From a virus, in the IMG/VR virus record IMGVR_UViG_3300045988_021759, positions 1 to 54,448 of that record: a DNA stretch of 54,448 nt, one strand, 5' to 3'. Position 1 is the stretch's first letter. Each line of letters begins with the position of its first letter. This document shows positions 1 through 8,900 of the stretch, one piece after another. Made by a program: the position numbers and the translations under genes. Below the pieces are notes generated by a model that saw only the letters and a program-made list of their open reading frames with translations, did no database searches and was not told where the DNA came from.

Positions 1-77
1 GCTGTTTCGTTCAAAACGGTTTGTTTTTTATTTTATCAAAAAGGACAACCGTTGTTCGATTCCCATTGCCCGCTCCA
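1..77. repeat. Terminal direct repeat, exact copy of 54372..54448 (circular-assembly overlap)
   Basis: Bases 1-77 (gctgtttcgttcaaaacgg...ttgcccgctcca) equal the last 77 bases of the window. Confidence 0.95.
54..77 (+). other. Candidate attP core: isolated 3' end of a tRNA-Gly-like gene (second copy 54425..54448)
   Basis: GTTCGATT-CCCAT-TGCCCGC-T-CCA parses as T-loop, 3' T-stem, 3' acceptor strand, U73 and CCA. The 5 nt upstream (cgttg) cannot pair with CCCAT, so no 5' half is present. It lies about 150 nt downstream of int. Confidence 0.6.
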
Positions 78-86
78 CCATTTTTA

Positions 87-120
87 GACGCTGATTCGTT
101 AAGAATCGGCGTCTTTCTTT
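87..120 (+). terminator. Intrinsic terminator directly after the tRNA-like fragment
   Basis: 11-bp stem gacgctgattc/gaatcggcgtc, loop gttaa, followed by tttcttt. Confidence 0.75.
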
Positions 121-126
121 ATGCTC

Positions 127-150
127 TGACCCAGTTTTTGACCCAGTTTT
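127..150. repeat. Tandem TGACCCAGTTTT x2; candidate integrase arm-type sites (P' arm)
   Basis: tgacccagtttt tgacccagtttt. The same motif occurs twice at 54289..54310 on the other side of the tRNA-like core. Confidence 0.5.
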
Positions 151-183
151 TTATTTTTGGCCCCGAAAAGAGCTTTATCTCAG

Positions 184-231
184 CGCAAAGAAAAAAGGCT
201 CCCTCTGGCCGTTGCTGGTCAAAGGGAGCCT
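184..231 (-). terminator. Intrinsic terminator ending the late (lysis) operon
   Basis: 9-bp stem aggctccct/agggagcct (197..231). On the minus strand it is followed by TTTTTTCTTTGCGC. Confidence 0.75.
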
Positions 232-295
232 TGCTCATGCTATGGATTCAGAAAAAATTTTTGTTGCAGCCATTTTCGTGAAGTCACGAAAATGG

Positions 296-562
296 TCACA
301 TCTCTTTGATACACCGGTTGGTCAGTTTGCCGTATACGTCCTCATACAGCTCTTGCTTGTCGCCGTTGTAGGTGTACTCAGCATAGACGCCATCCCCTGC
401 CACGGTGGTGGACAGCAGGGCCTTGTAGTTCTGGAGCGTCTTGCAAGCCCACACCACAAAGACGTTTTCGAGGGTGATTTTGGTTTCGCGGTTCTTATTG
501 TACCACTCAACCAGCGCGTTTTTGCACACGCTCTCGTATTTGGCCATGCCTGTGATAATCAT
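296..562 (-). CDS. Hypothetical small protein, last gene of the late operon
   Basis: ATG at 562 preceded by AAGGAGG. The ORF-track start at 640 lacks an SD. Confidence 0.6.
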   Translation of the reverse strand: MIITGMAKYESVCKNALVEWYNKNRETKITLENVFVVWACKTLQNYKALLSTTVAGDGVYAEYTYNGDKQELYEDVYGKLTNRCIKEM

Positions 563-602
563 ACAGATACCTCCTTGATGTTTGCGTGACGCCACGAAAA
601 CG

Positions 603-983
603 TCACATATAGACTTTCTGGCTGCGAACCTGAGCCTCAATCATCGGCTTCAGATAGCTGTCGAGGTCGCCGAAAGTTTCCTTGATGAACGTGACGGTCT
701 CCTGTGTCAGAGCTTTCTTCGCTGCGGCCAGTGCGCGGTTGTAGGCGACGCGCTGCGCGTCCTCGTCGAACTTGTCTGCCTCTTTGAGCGCGTCAACGTA
801 GGTCTGGTTGACGTACTGGACGGCATTGAACACGGCGTTTGCCGCATTCTGGAGGCAGCTCTGCGCGAACTTGTTGCTGATATAGCCGTTTGCGATGCTG
901 ACAGCCTTGTTCAAGGCCCAGCCAAAAGCCACGGTCAGAGCGGGGATGCAGGCGGTCAAAACGGTTTTCATGAGTTCGTCCAT
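603..983 (-). CDS. Putative holin, LL-H-like (N-terminal TM helix plus long helical tail)
   Basis: MDELMKTVLTACIPALTVAFGWAL... has one N-terminal hydrophobic helix. Located next to the endolysin. Confidence 0.6.
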   Translation of the reverse strand: MDELMKTVLTACIPALTVAFGWALNKAVSIANGYISNKFAQSCLQNAANAVFNAVQYVNQTYVDALKEADKFDEDAQRVAYNRALAAAKKALTQETVTFIKETFGDLDSYLKPMIEAQVRSQKVYM

Positions 984-985
984 AA

Positions 986-1276
986 TTATTCTCCTTCGTT
1001 TTCAGTGTTGTTGTCGGTGGTGGTGTTCTTCGGCTTTTTGTTCTTGATGGACGCCATCGCGCCAAACTCGACCATCCACGGCGCAGCCATGGCCGCAATA
1101 GCCAGACTGTCCGGGGCCGTGACGCTGTGCCAGTACAGCGCCAAAACAGCCGCGTCAAGCACAGTACACATGAACAGGCAATAGATTACTGCTTTATCCA
1201 TGAAACCGCGCTGTGACCGCTGTTTCTTGCGCTTATGGCGTCCATCAGCCTTGACATTGATGTGAAGTTCCTGCAT
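986..1276 (-). CDS. Small two-TM membrane protein (holin/antiholin candidate)
   Basis: ATG at 1276 with GAGGTG SD. Two hydrophobic segments (AVIYCLFMCTVLDAAVLALYW, LAIAAMAAPWMVEFGAMASI) and a charged C-tail. Confidence 0.55.
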   Translation of the reverse strand: MQELHINVKADGRHKRKKQRSQRGFMDKAVIYCLFMCTVLDAAVLALYWHSVTAPDSLAIAAMAAPWMVEFGAMASIKNKKPKNTTTDNNTENEGE

Positions 1277-1286
1277 AGATGTCACC

Positions 1287-1949
1287 TCACAGCTTTGCAA
1301 GGTACTTGTCCGCGCCGGACAGTGCCCGCCACGATGCAGGACCGCAGATGCCATCCACGGCCAGCTTGTGCTTCTCCTGCGCTTTCCGCAGGGCAGTTTC
1401 GGTCTTTTCACCGAAGATACCGTCCGGGGTCAGCTCCAACAGGCGCTGGAGCATCTTCGTCGCTGCCCGGTTTGCATCACCGGTGCAGCCCCGGCGAATG
1501 GTCGGCAGGATGAACTTCAGGTAGGTGGTGGACGGATAGTGCAGCGCCGCGTCGCACAGCCACGTTGCCTTAGCCCCGCGGGTGTCTGCATGACAGAACG
1601 CGTTCCCGCCGTACCAGTAGATGCCGACGCCGCCGAAACCGACCGCCTGAGCGATGATGCCCAGCGCGACCGGGTTCACGCTGCGGTCTTTGAGCCGCCA
1701 GTCAGCGGCCATGCCGTACCGGTGGCGGCTGTTCGTGCCGCCTTTCGCGTCCTGATTATGCTTCAGACAGCGGTAGCCGCTGGTGATCTTGATAGGCTTG
1801 CCCAACACAGTGCGGATGCGCTGGAGCTTTTCTGCCAGCTCAGGGTCTACCATCTGGGTGCTGCACCCACAGGGGCAGTCGAACTCAGACCGGACAAAAT
1901 CTTTGGTCAGCGCTGTTCCGTCGCCGCGCTTATAGGTGATAACGCTCAC
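1287..1949 (-). CDS. Endolysin: M15-type zinc peptidase domain plus C-terminal peptidoglycan-binding repeat
   Basis: SGYRC..HN...GG..SRH..G.AADW zinc-peptidase pattern. C-terminal LQRLL..PDGIFG..T..AL...Q......DGICGPASWRAL resembles a PG_binding_1 motif. Confidence 0.8.
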   Translation of the reverse strand: MSVITYKRGDGTALTKDFVRSEFDCPCGCSTQMVDPELAEKLQRIRTVLGKPIKITSGYRCLKHNQDAKGGTNSRHRYGMAADWRLKDRSVNPVALGIIAQAVGFGGVGIYWYGGNAFCHADTRGAKATWLCDAALHYPSTTYLKFILPTIRRGCTGDANRAATKMLQRLLELTPDGIFGEKTETALRKAQEKHKLAVDGICGPASWRALSGADKYLAKL

Positions 1950-1962
1950 GCCTCATACCTCC

Positions 1963-2394
1963 TTATAAAAAATCGTGCTTCTGCAATCTTTCGTCATACA
2001 CCCTGCTGATGTTCGCCACCGCGTGGGTACAGCGGTTGTTCTTGTAATCCGGGTGGTCGCGGCAGTAGTCCTCGTAATCGTCGATGATGGCAAGGACTTC
2101 AATGAAATGTTCTTTGGTGTGCTTTCGGTCGTCGATCAATTCATCGTTGAACCTCAAAATCTGGGTACGGAGCAGGTTGGCGTTCCGCTCGTCGTCAACT
2201 TTGATGTGTTCGTCGAGCTTCTGCTGTGTCTGCTTCTGCTGTTCCAACACCTCAGCGTTCAGAGCGTGGCCAATGAGCTGGGCCAGCTTGCTCCACGGAT
2301 TCAGCTTGATGGGCGAAATCTGCACGAGGGTCAGGAGGACCACGAGCGCCCCGCCCCCGGCTGTAAAAAGTTCCTTGATGTCGTCGATGTTCAA
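1963..2394 (-). CDS. Hypothetical protein with N-terminal TM helix (lysis-cassette associated)
   Basis: TTG start at 2394 with GGAGGA SD. GGGALVVLLTLVQISPI hydrophobic segment. Confidence 0.55.
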   Translation of the reverse strand: MNIDDIKELFTAGGGALVVLLTLVQISPIKLNPWSKLAQLIGHALNAEVLEQQKQTQQKLDEHIKVDDERNANLLRTQILRFNDELIDDRKHTKEHFIEVLAIIDDYEDYCRDHPDYKNNRCTHAVANISRVYDERLQKHDFL

Positions 2395-2406
2395 TGTCAG
2401 TCCTCC

Positions 2407-2447
2407 ATAATAAAAAGGCGGCCGCGTACCTCTACGCAGTCGCCTTT
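2407..2447 (-). terminator. Intrinsic terminator/attenuator upstream of the lysis cassette
   Basis: Outer stem aaaggcg/cgccttt with inner stem gcgta/tacgc. Minus strand continues TTTTTATTAT. Confidence 0.55.
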
Positions 2448-2463
2448 CCTGTTTTCTCCCTGC

Positions 2464-2670
2464 TTAGTCCTCGGTGATAAGGTCTTCGCAGCCGGAATCA
2501 ATGAGCAGCTCCCGAACCTTGCTCTTCAGCTTGGCAGGAACCTCAGCAAAAGTCTTTTTGCCGAACATAATCTGCTGTGCCCACAGCATTGCCATCATGA
2601 ACGTACCCTCCTTTCCGAATAAAATTTTGCAAAGAAAATGAGCAAGAATGTCCACGGCCAACTTAGCCAT
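2464..2670 (-). CDS. Hypothetical small protein (XkdX-like position after the tail fibre)
   Basis: 68-aa ORF in the operon, overlapping the upstream gene by 8 nt. Confidence 0.5.
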   Translation of the reverse strand: MAKLAVDILAHFLCKILFGKEGTFMMAMLWAQQIMFGKKTFAEVPAKLKSKVRELLIDSGCEDLITED

Positions 2671-3133
2671 AAACTTCCTCGCTCATCTCTAACAAGCAGT
2701 CCGTCAGCATCTGTACCTGCTTCTGCAAGCCAGCGCAGGTGTCAACCAACTGCTTTATATCTGCAACGGCGGGCTTTTGCTGCCCGCCGTTGTCACTTGT
2801 GTTATCGCCGCCGGAGCCGGTATCCTCGCCGCCAGTGCCGCCGGGGTCGGGCTCCGGGTTGTCCACCGTTCCGCCCGCCTCCAACTGCTCCAGCAGCGCT
2901 CTGTATTCTGCCTCTGTGATTTCCTCAGCGTCAACCTCGCCGTCGTATACAGCAGCCTCCGGCGGCGTATTGAGCCACGACGGGTGATAGTACCCGCTGC
3001 AATCCCGCGGACAGATGAACTCTGCCTTTGCAGGGTCGCAGACAAGCATCACGCCATGCTTGGGCTGCCAGCGCAGAAACACGTCATTGACGTCCAGTAC
3101 CTTGCCATCTGCAAGGATTTTATAAAAAATCAT
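2663..3133 (-). CDS. Hypothetical protein with Gly/Asp-rich linker
   Basis: ATG at 3133 overlaps the RT stop (ATGA). MIFYKILADGKVLDV... Confidence 0.6.
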   Translation of the reverse strand: MIFYKILADGKVLDVNDVFLRWQPKHGVMLVCDPAKAEFICPRDCSGYYHPSWLNTPPEAAVYDGEVDAEEITEAEYRALLEQLEAGGTVDNPEPDPGGTGGEDTGSGGDNTSDNGGQQKPAVADIKQLVDTCAGLQKQVQMLTDCLLEMSEEVYG

Positions 3134-4638
3134 GCGTACACTCCTTCCATTCGGTATCCGTGGAACAGCCGCCAGTACAGGGACAGCATTCCTTTTCTGG
3201 TCCGGTATGCGTCGGCGTGATAGGAGTTGCCAAACCACGCAGAGAACGACGCGAAAGCATCGTCCAGCCGCATGACGCCGCGCTGAACCATCCTTGCGAA
3301 CTTCTTCAGTTTGCGCCGCATTCGGACGATGCCGGCCCGCACGAGGTTCTTCACCAGATGTCCAGTGTCCGTCACCTTATAATAGATTTGCAGGAACTTC
3401 ATACCCTTGGAGGCTTTTGTGATCGCCGTTTTCTTGGCGTTCATCGAAAGCCCAACCTCGGCCGCCTCGCTCTGGATAGTCTGACCAACGTGCTTCAGCT
3501 CCTCTTTCGAGGGGCCAGCAGCCATGGTGTCGTCCATATACCGCTCGTAGGCCCGGACGCCCAGCTTGTCCTTGACGGCATGGTCAATCCCATTCGGGAT
3601 AACCAGCGCCATGGTCTGCGATTCTTGGCTGCCCAGCGTCAGACCAACGCCTTTATGCCGGCGCAGCTGCTCCGCTTTTGCCGCTCGTTCCGCTTCATCG
3701 GCAATTTCATGCAACTCGTTTTCCTGATACATCCGGGCGATCTTCATGCCAAGGCCCTGAAGCATCCGGTCAAGCCGGATTTCTCGGAATCTTTTCAGGC
3801 AATCGCTGTGCCGGAGGTGGTCAAAGAACTTTGTGAAGTCGCCGGTCATAATGAAAAAGCCGTTGCCGTATTTCGCGGCCAGCTCTTTCAGGAACATTGC
3901 CAGCCGGTTCCGGGCATCTGTGACGCCCTTTCCCTTAACGCTGGCCGGGTTATCTCGAATCAGGGTGCGCTCTGTCAGCGGCACAAGGCAGCTGTCACAA
4001 TAGCAGCCCTGCACAACGCGGCAGTCAATCATGACTGCATGGATCTCGCGCAGCTTGCCGCGCTCATGTAGCATGATTCGTCGGATTGTGGCATCGACGT
4101 TCAGTTTACCCTCCAGCAGCGAATCTTTCAGCCGTTTCAGCTTCAGGATTGCGTGGAAGATGAAGCGCTGCACATTGCCCTTCCACTCCACGCCCTTCCG
4201 GCGCTTCTGCAAGGACTTCATCAGATTTTGGATGGTGAACACGCTGCGAAAATCGCCCAGCGGGGTCACATCCTGCAACCGCTGTTCCCGGCTCTTTACC
4301 CGGTCCAGAGCTTTGATACGCAGCTCCGCATAGGGAGTGCGCGGCTCCAGCGCGGTTTCTATCTGCTCCCGGACAGGTTTCCCATGCCAGCAGCAGCGGC
4401 GGGCTGCATCGTTGGCGGCCTTGGTCAGCAGTTCCAGATCAATGCTGCCGTTCTCTCGCCACGTTCCGCGCGCCCGCGCTTCTCGTTTTGCGGCTTTCCG
4501 AGCTTTACTTCGCTCTATCCTAGCCATGATTTGTTCTCGATTGGTCAAAGAATCTACGCCCTTCCTGCTACTTATAGTGTGCATTCTAAACAGGTTTGCG
4601 AAGCGGTGATGAAACAGGCCCAGCACATGACCTGCCAT
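3130..4638 (-). CDS. DGR-type reverse transcriptase (exact start uncertain: 4638, 4584 or 4527)
   Basis: RYMDDTMAAG (YxDD) motif. LTLGSQESQ resembles the DGR-RT GxxxSQ motif. Sits 160 nt downstream of TR. Confidence 0.85.
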   Translation of the reverse strand: MAGHVLGLFHHRFANLFRMHTISSRKGVDSLTNREQIMARIERSKARKAAKREARARGTWRENGSIDLELLTKAANDAARRCCWHGKPVREQIETALEPRTPYAELRIKALDRVKSREQRLQDVTPLGDFRSVFTIQNLMKSLQKRRKGVEWKGNVQRFIFHAILKLKRLKDSLLEGKLNVDATIRRIMLHERGKLREIHAVMIDCRVVQGCYCDSCLVPLTERTLIRDNPASVKGKGVTDARNRLAMFLKELAAKYGNGFFIMTGDFTKFFDHLRHSDCLKRFREIRLDRMLQGLGMKIARMYQENELHEIADEAERAAKAEQLRRHKGVGLTLGSQESQTMALVIPNGIDHAVKDKLGVRAYERYMDDTMAAGPSKEELKHVGQTIQSEAAEVGLSMNAKKTAITKASKGMKFLQIYYKVTDTGHLVKNLVRAGIVRMRRKLKKFARMVQRGVMRLDDAFASFSAWFGNSYHADAYRTRKGMLSLYWRLFHGYRMEGVYA

Positions 4639-4797
4639 GAAAGAATCGTCCCGCCGCCCCGCTCAGGGACACCGATACGGTGCGCCAGCCTTAAAACAGG
4701 CCAGCCATCAATTTACCGCCGTTTCAGACGGAAGGTTGCACGTTCCTTCAATATTCTCTGGATATTTTCACCCTTATACATGGTTACTTTCAAACAT

Positions 4798-4922
4798 TGA
4801 ATCCGGGGCAGAACGCCGTTATTGTTCGTTGCGTTGTTGTTGTTGCCCACATTACCGTTGTTGTTCACATTGTTGAAGTTGGTAGAGTTGGACACCGAAG
4901 CATCGCGAAGCCAATACCACCG
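4798..4922 (-). repeat. DGR template repeat (TR)
   Basis: 125 bp collinear with VR (offset +1121). On the coding strand it is AAY-rich (translates ...NSTNFNNVNNNGNVGNNNNATNNNG...). Confidence 0.9.
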
Positions 4923-4957
4923 GCAAAGCCTAAAACAACGTGCCACCATTGGAACCA

Positions 4958-5788
4958 TCATTTCAGCTTCCCGAAGCGCTTCTTGTCAGAGCTGCGCAGA
5001 CCGGAAAGGAGCTTGATGCACTCATTGATCTGCCCCGCCCACTCGTCCATCGTATTTTCGCTGTAACACATGACGTTCCACAGCGCATACAATGGCCGCT
5101 GCAATCCGTTCAGATTGTCGATTGCGCGTTTGAGGTACTTATCCCGCGCCTCATACTGCTTTCGCGTCGTGGGGAAATTGTCGTTGCCCTGCAATGTGCA
5201 GTACAGCGCATCGTCCACAAACTGCAAAATCTGGTCGGACAGGTGGTCCTTATATTCCAAAGGTACGGTGCAGATTTTGGAGTAGGTGTATTTGTGCAGC
5301 TCTCGCATTTTGTTCAGAAACATCCGGTCTTCCGAATATTTCAGGTCAAACGTCTTTATCATGGGAACCTCTCGATCGTCCTCAAAGTGTGCAGCGCCGT
5401 GGAGCAGGGCCAGCTCCTTGTTCACAAGGTCTGCCCACTCCCGGATGCCGCCCTCTTTGGAATCGAACAGGCTCCAGTATACGACGAGCGGTTTCTGAAG
5501 CGCAACCAGACATCGGATGGAGCGCTCAAAGAGCTTCCGCCGGTCTGCTCGACCGGTCTCCGTCCTACTGTCGGCCTCATTCGCCATGATGGCCGAGTGG
5601 TATGCGCTGGTGGTCAGCTCCATCAACCGAGGCCGGACAAATTTCTTGTACCGGGCCGGAATATGGTCTGCCCGCTGCGCGGTCAGCTGCACCAGCCTTG
5701 CGCAGTTCATTTCAAACTCCATCGTTGACAGTCTGCGATTTCGTGCGAGAACCGACACATTATCACCTCCTCCACGATAAAATATCAT
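4958..5788 (-). CDS. avd: Avd-like DGR accessory protein, about twice the usual length (start possibly GTG at 5758)
   Basis: Located between VR and TR. Two successive helical halves each carry an Avd-like pattern (IPARYKKFVRPRLMELTTSAYHSAIMAN... and VPLEYKDHLSDQILQFVDDALYCTLQGN...). Confidence 0.6.
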   Translation of the reverse strand: MIFYRGGGDNVSVLARNRRLSTMEFEMNCARLVQLTAQRADHIPARYKKFVRPRLMELTTSAYHSAIMANEADSRTETGRADRRKLFERSIRCLVALQKPLVVYWSLFDSKEGGIREWADLVNKELALLHGAAHFEDDREVPMIKTFDLKYSEDRMFLNKMRELHKYTYSKICTVPLEYKDHLSDQILQFVDDALYCTLQGNDNFPTTRKQYEARDKYLKRAIDNLNGLQRPLYALWNVMCYSENTMDEWAGQINECIKLLSGLRSSDKKRFGKLK

Positions 5789-5830
5789 AAAATCCGGTAA
5801 AATGGAACCTATTTTAGAGAATTTACCGCG

Positions 5831-5898
5831 AGGCGGCTTCGCCGCCTAAGGATTATTCTCGTAAACGGCATCTAGTCTGGGCGGACTACGCCGCCCAG
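5831..5898 (-). other. Two GC-rich hairpins immediately downstream of VR (DGR target-recognition hairpin and/or terminator)
   Basis: ctgggcgg-actacg-ccgcccag (5877..5898) and aggcggc-ttc-gccgcct (5831..5847). Confidence 0.6.
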
Positions 5899-5911
5899 AT
5901 TTTTCCAGATT

Positions 5912-8900
5912 TTATAGATGAAGCCGGGGCAGAACGCCGCTATAGTTCGCCGCGTTGGAGTCGTAGCCCACAAAACCGCCGTTGCCCACATTGACGAAGC
6001 CGGTAGAGTAGGACACCGAAGCATCGCGAAGCCAATACCACCGCGCCCTTACCCATGCGTGTCCATTCCAGAGATATCCCACATTACTATCAGCAGAACA
6101 AATCCATACATCGCCCTTCTGGGGGTTCTTGGGCGCGGTGCTGGATACAGTGAAATTCACGCTCTGCGCCAGCGTATAGCCCGCAAACTTGATGCGGACA
6201 CGGTCAGATGTGAACCACGGAATCTGCTCGCCACAGTACACAAACGGCTCCGTATTGGTTCCGTTCATCTCGCGCATGGAGGGCAGATAGACCTTATCCT
6301 CGGATTCCAGAATACCAGCCGTGCCCGCGCCGTAATCCACGGACGATATATGAACGGAAACCAGCATCCGGCGCAGAGCCGAAGGCAAACCGGCCAGATA
6401 GCGCTTCTGGAGCCAGCTGCGCATCTCGGATGCGGGCCAGCCTCCAGCGTTGCTGTTGGTCGGGTTCATGCGGTGGTAGCCGTTCAGCAGACCCGCGTGA
6501 ATCAGGTCGATGGAGGTCGTACCGCCGCCGGTCTTGGTTGCGCCGCCGGTGCCGATGACCTCCAGATAGCTTTCCTCACGCGGCCATGCTGCCATCTTCA
6601 GGCACTCAGTCTCACCGAGGTCGTCTTTCCAGAGCTTGCACCGGTACAGGAAGCCGGTCGCAAAGTTCTTGCCGTCATTGTCGCAACCCAGCATGAGGGT
6701 CGCGTCAGATGCCGTGTCGATGGTCTTGGTCAGCTCGCGGGAAATGATGTCGTCGCCGTTCGGGTTTGCGAAATAGACGAACAGGTTCCGGCTGCCCTTG
6801 GCATGGCGCAGAACCACCAGCTCGCGGTACTGGTCGGACACATACTGTGTGCCAATGCCGGAGATGGTAGACAGGCCCGTGCCGCGACCATTGTTCACGG
6901 TGTTGGTGGACCACTGGACGGCCGTGCCGCCGCTGTATTTAACCTTGAAGCCGTGATAGCCAGTCTTGGTAAAGCAAGCCGCCACACACGACTCTGCCGT
7001 CGGCTGGTCGAATACGCAGTCCACAACCAGCGTCCAGCCGGCGTCCTTGTCCATGATCTTCACACCGGTGTCTTTGGAGGTCTTGCCGTCCAGCTCCATA
7101 TTTTCAGCCAGCAGCACAGATTCCACGTTGTCGAACTCCGGCTCATAGCCCATGGTGAACGGAACGCGGGTCTTGATGTTGTCCTCTGTGAAATAGAGGG
7201 CAGACCGTCCAGACTGCCGGATGCCGTACAGCTGCGCAAAATTCAGGTTGGAGAGATCATCACCGAAGTTCGGCAAGGATCCTTCAATCCAACGCGCATA
7301 GACGTCCATATTCTCCCGGACGTGCGCTGTGGACTTGTCCCAGCCGTTGAACAGACGATAAATGAAGTTTCCTTCCTCGTCCGTGCGCTCCGGGTCGTCG
7401 GGCGGTACTGCCTCGGTGTCATAGTCTACGGTCTTTGTGCCTACAACTACGCCGGTCTGCGAGTACCAGCGCACCGTATAGCGCTGCGGAACGCTGGTAT
7501 AGGCGGCCTTGACGGTCAGCTCGGACAGCACCTGCGTCAGAACAGTATCCCATCCAGAATAGGTGAACACTTCCGCCTGAGTTGCTTCTCTGGTCGGAGT
7601 ATCCATCAGCCCGGTTGCCACCGGGTCAGGGCAGGTCGCGCCGCGGTCAACGAGGATTTCTGCCGGGGAGCCATCTTTGAAGGTCAGCTTTGTCCCGTCA
7701 TAATCGCAGAACGTCACCTTGTACTGCTGCACGGTCCCGCCATAGGTCAGGGCCAAATCGGGCCACGCTGCGGTGTACTTTTCCACCTCAGCCTGACGAA
7801 TGACGGAGGTATAGACTTTGCCAGACAGCGAGGACTGCTGGACTTCCAGACCGTTTTCGTCGTAGCCGCCCATGCCCAGCAAACGATTCATCAGGTCTGT
7901 GCCGGTAAGCTGCCAGTCGATGCCCACAAGGCGTACCGTGTAGAGCTTGGCCGCTGCGTTGACAATATCAAGCGCAGCCGGGAACGGCGTGTTCTCGTGG
8001 CGCAGACCGGTCAGGTTTGCGTAACCGTCCGCCACCTCAAAGGTCTTGATGTTCTGCATATTGCGCAGCGTCAGGCTGACCGGGCGCTCCAGATAGCAGG
8101 TTTCCAGCGCAGAGCCAGCAGCAAAATTGACCGCGCTGACCGGCGTTCCCTTGAAGCTGGCGACTTTCAGGGCCACACAGCCGGACACGTCCACCGGTGC
8201 GGTCAAATTCGGGCAATGGTCGATTCGCAGCTCTTCCAGCACGGCCAGCGCCGAGAAATCCAGCTTGATAGAGGACGTCAGGTTGACGTTGGAATAGCCG
8301 TCCGCGTCGCTGCCAATGACGATGGAACGCAGCTTGGTGGCTGCCGAGAAGTCAGCCTGATTGGTGTAAACGCTGGCGATGCCCTCCACAGCTTCCAGCA
8401 TGGATGCCGAATAGATGTAGATTTCGGTATCATTCAGCGCCGTGTCCTTGCTCATGCTCAACGTCACCGGCTCGCCGCGCTTGCAACGCTGCTGCTTCAG
8501 GATGGAGCCGAACAGGATAGACACATACAGGTCAGAGTACGGCGTGATGGTGATAGCGGCAATCTCGCCGGTGGGACTTGCGAAGCCGCGCAGGGTGATC
8601 TTGTCGTTCCGGGCCGCCGCCGTATTCCATTTGGAGGCGAAGTAGATACTGTTGTACTTCAGGAAATAGTGACGCTGAAGCTCTTTCGTGCCGTTCATCA
8701 TGGGGATAAACATGGTGATGGCCGTGCCGCCCTCTTTCAGATCCTCATAAGGGCGGATATACTTGCGCCGCGCATCTGCAACCAGCAGACGTGCCGGGCG
8801 GAGCTTCTGGTAGGTGTCAAAGGCAGCGTTCAGGCGGTCGGCGTCGAACAGCTCCGTCAGGGTGGCAACCATCGTGTTCAGGCGGTCGGTCAGCAGGTCT

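Larger units (their letters stand above)
3130..6043 (-). mobile_element. Diversity-generating retroelement cassette (VR - avd-like - TR - RT)
   Basis: See the TR, VR, RT and Avd-like entries. Gene order and adenine-specific TR/VR mismatches fit a DGR. Confidence 0.9.

Noticed and set aside
1-77. Terminal repeats interpreted as attL/attR of an integrated prophage, or as LTR/TIR of a transposon
   Set aside because: Neither copy is preceded by a tRNA 5' half or any host sequence. The 53 nt upstream of the tRNA-like core are identical phage sequence in both copies. The repeat is direct and 77 nt long, which is typical of a k-mer overlap in a circular assembly.
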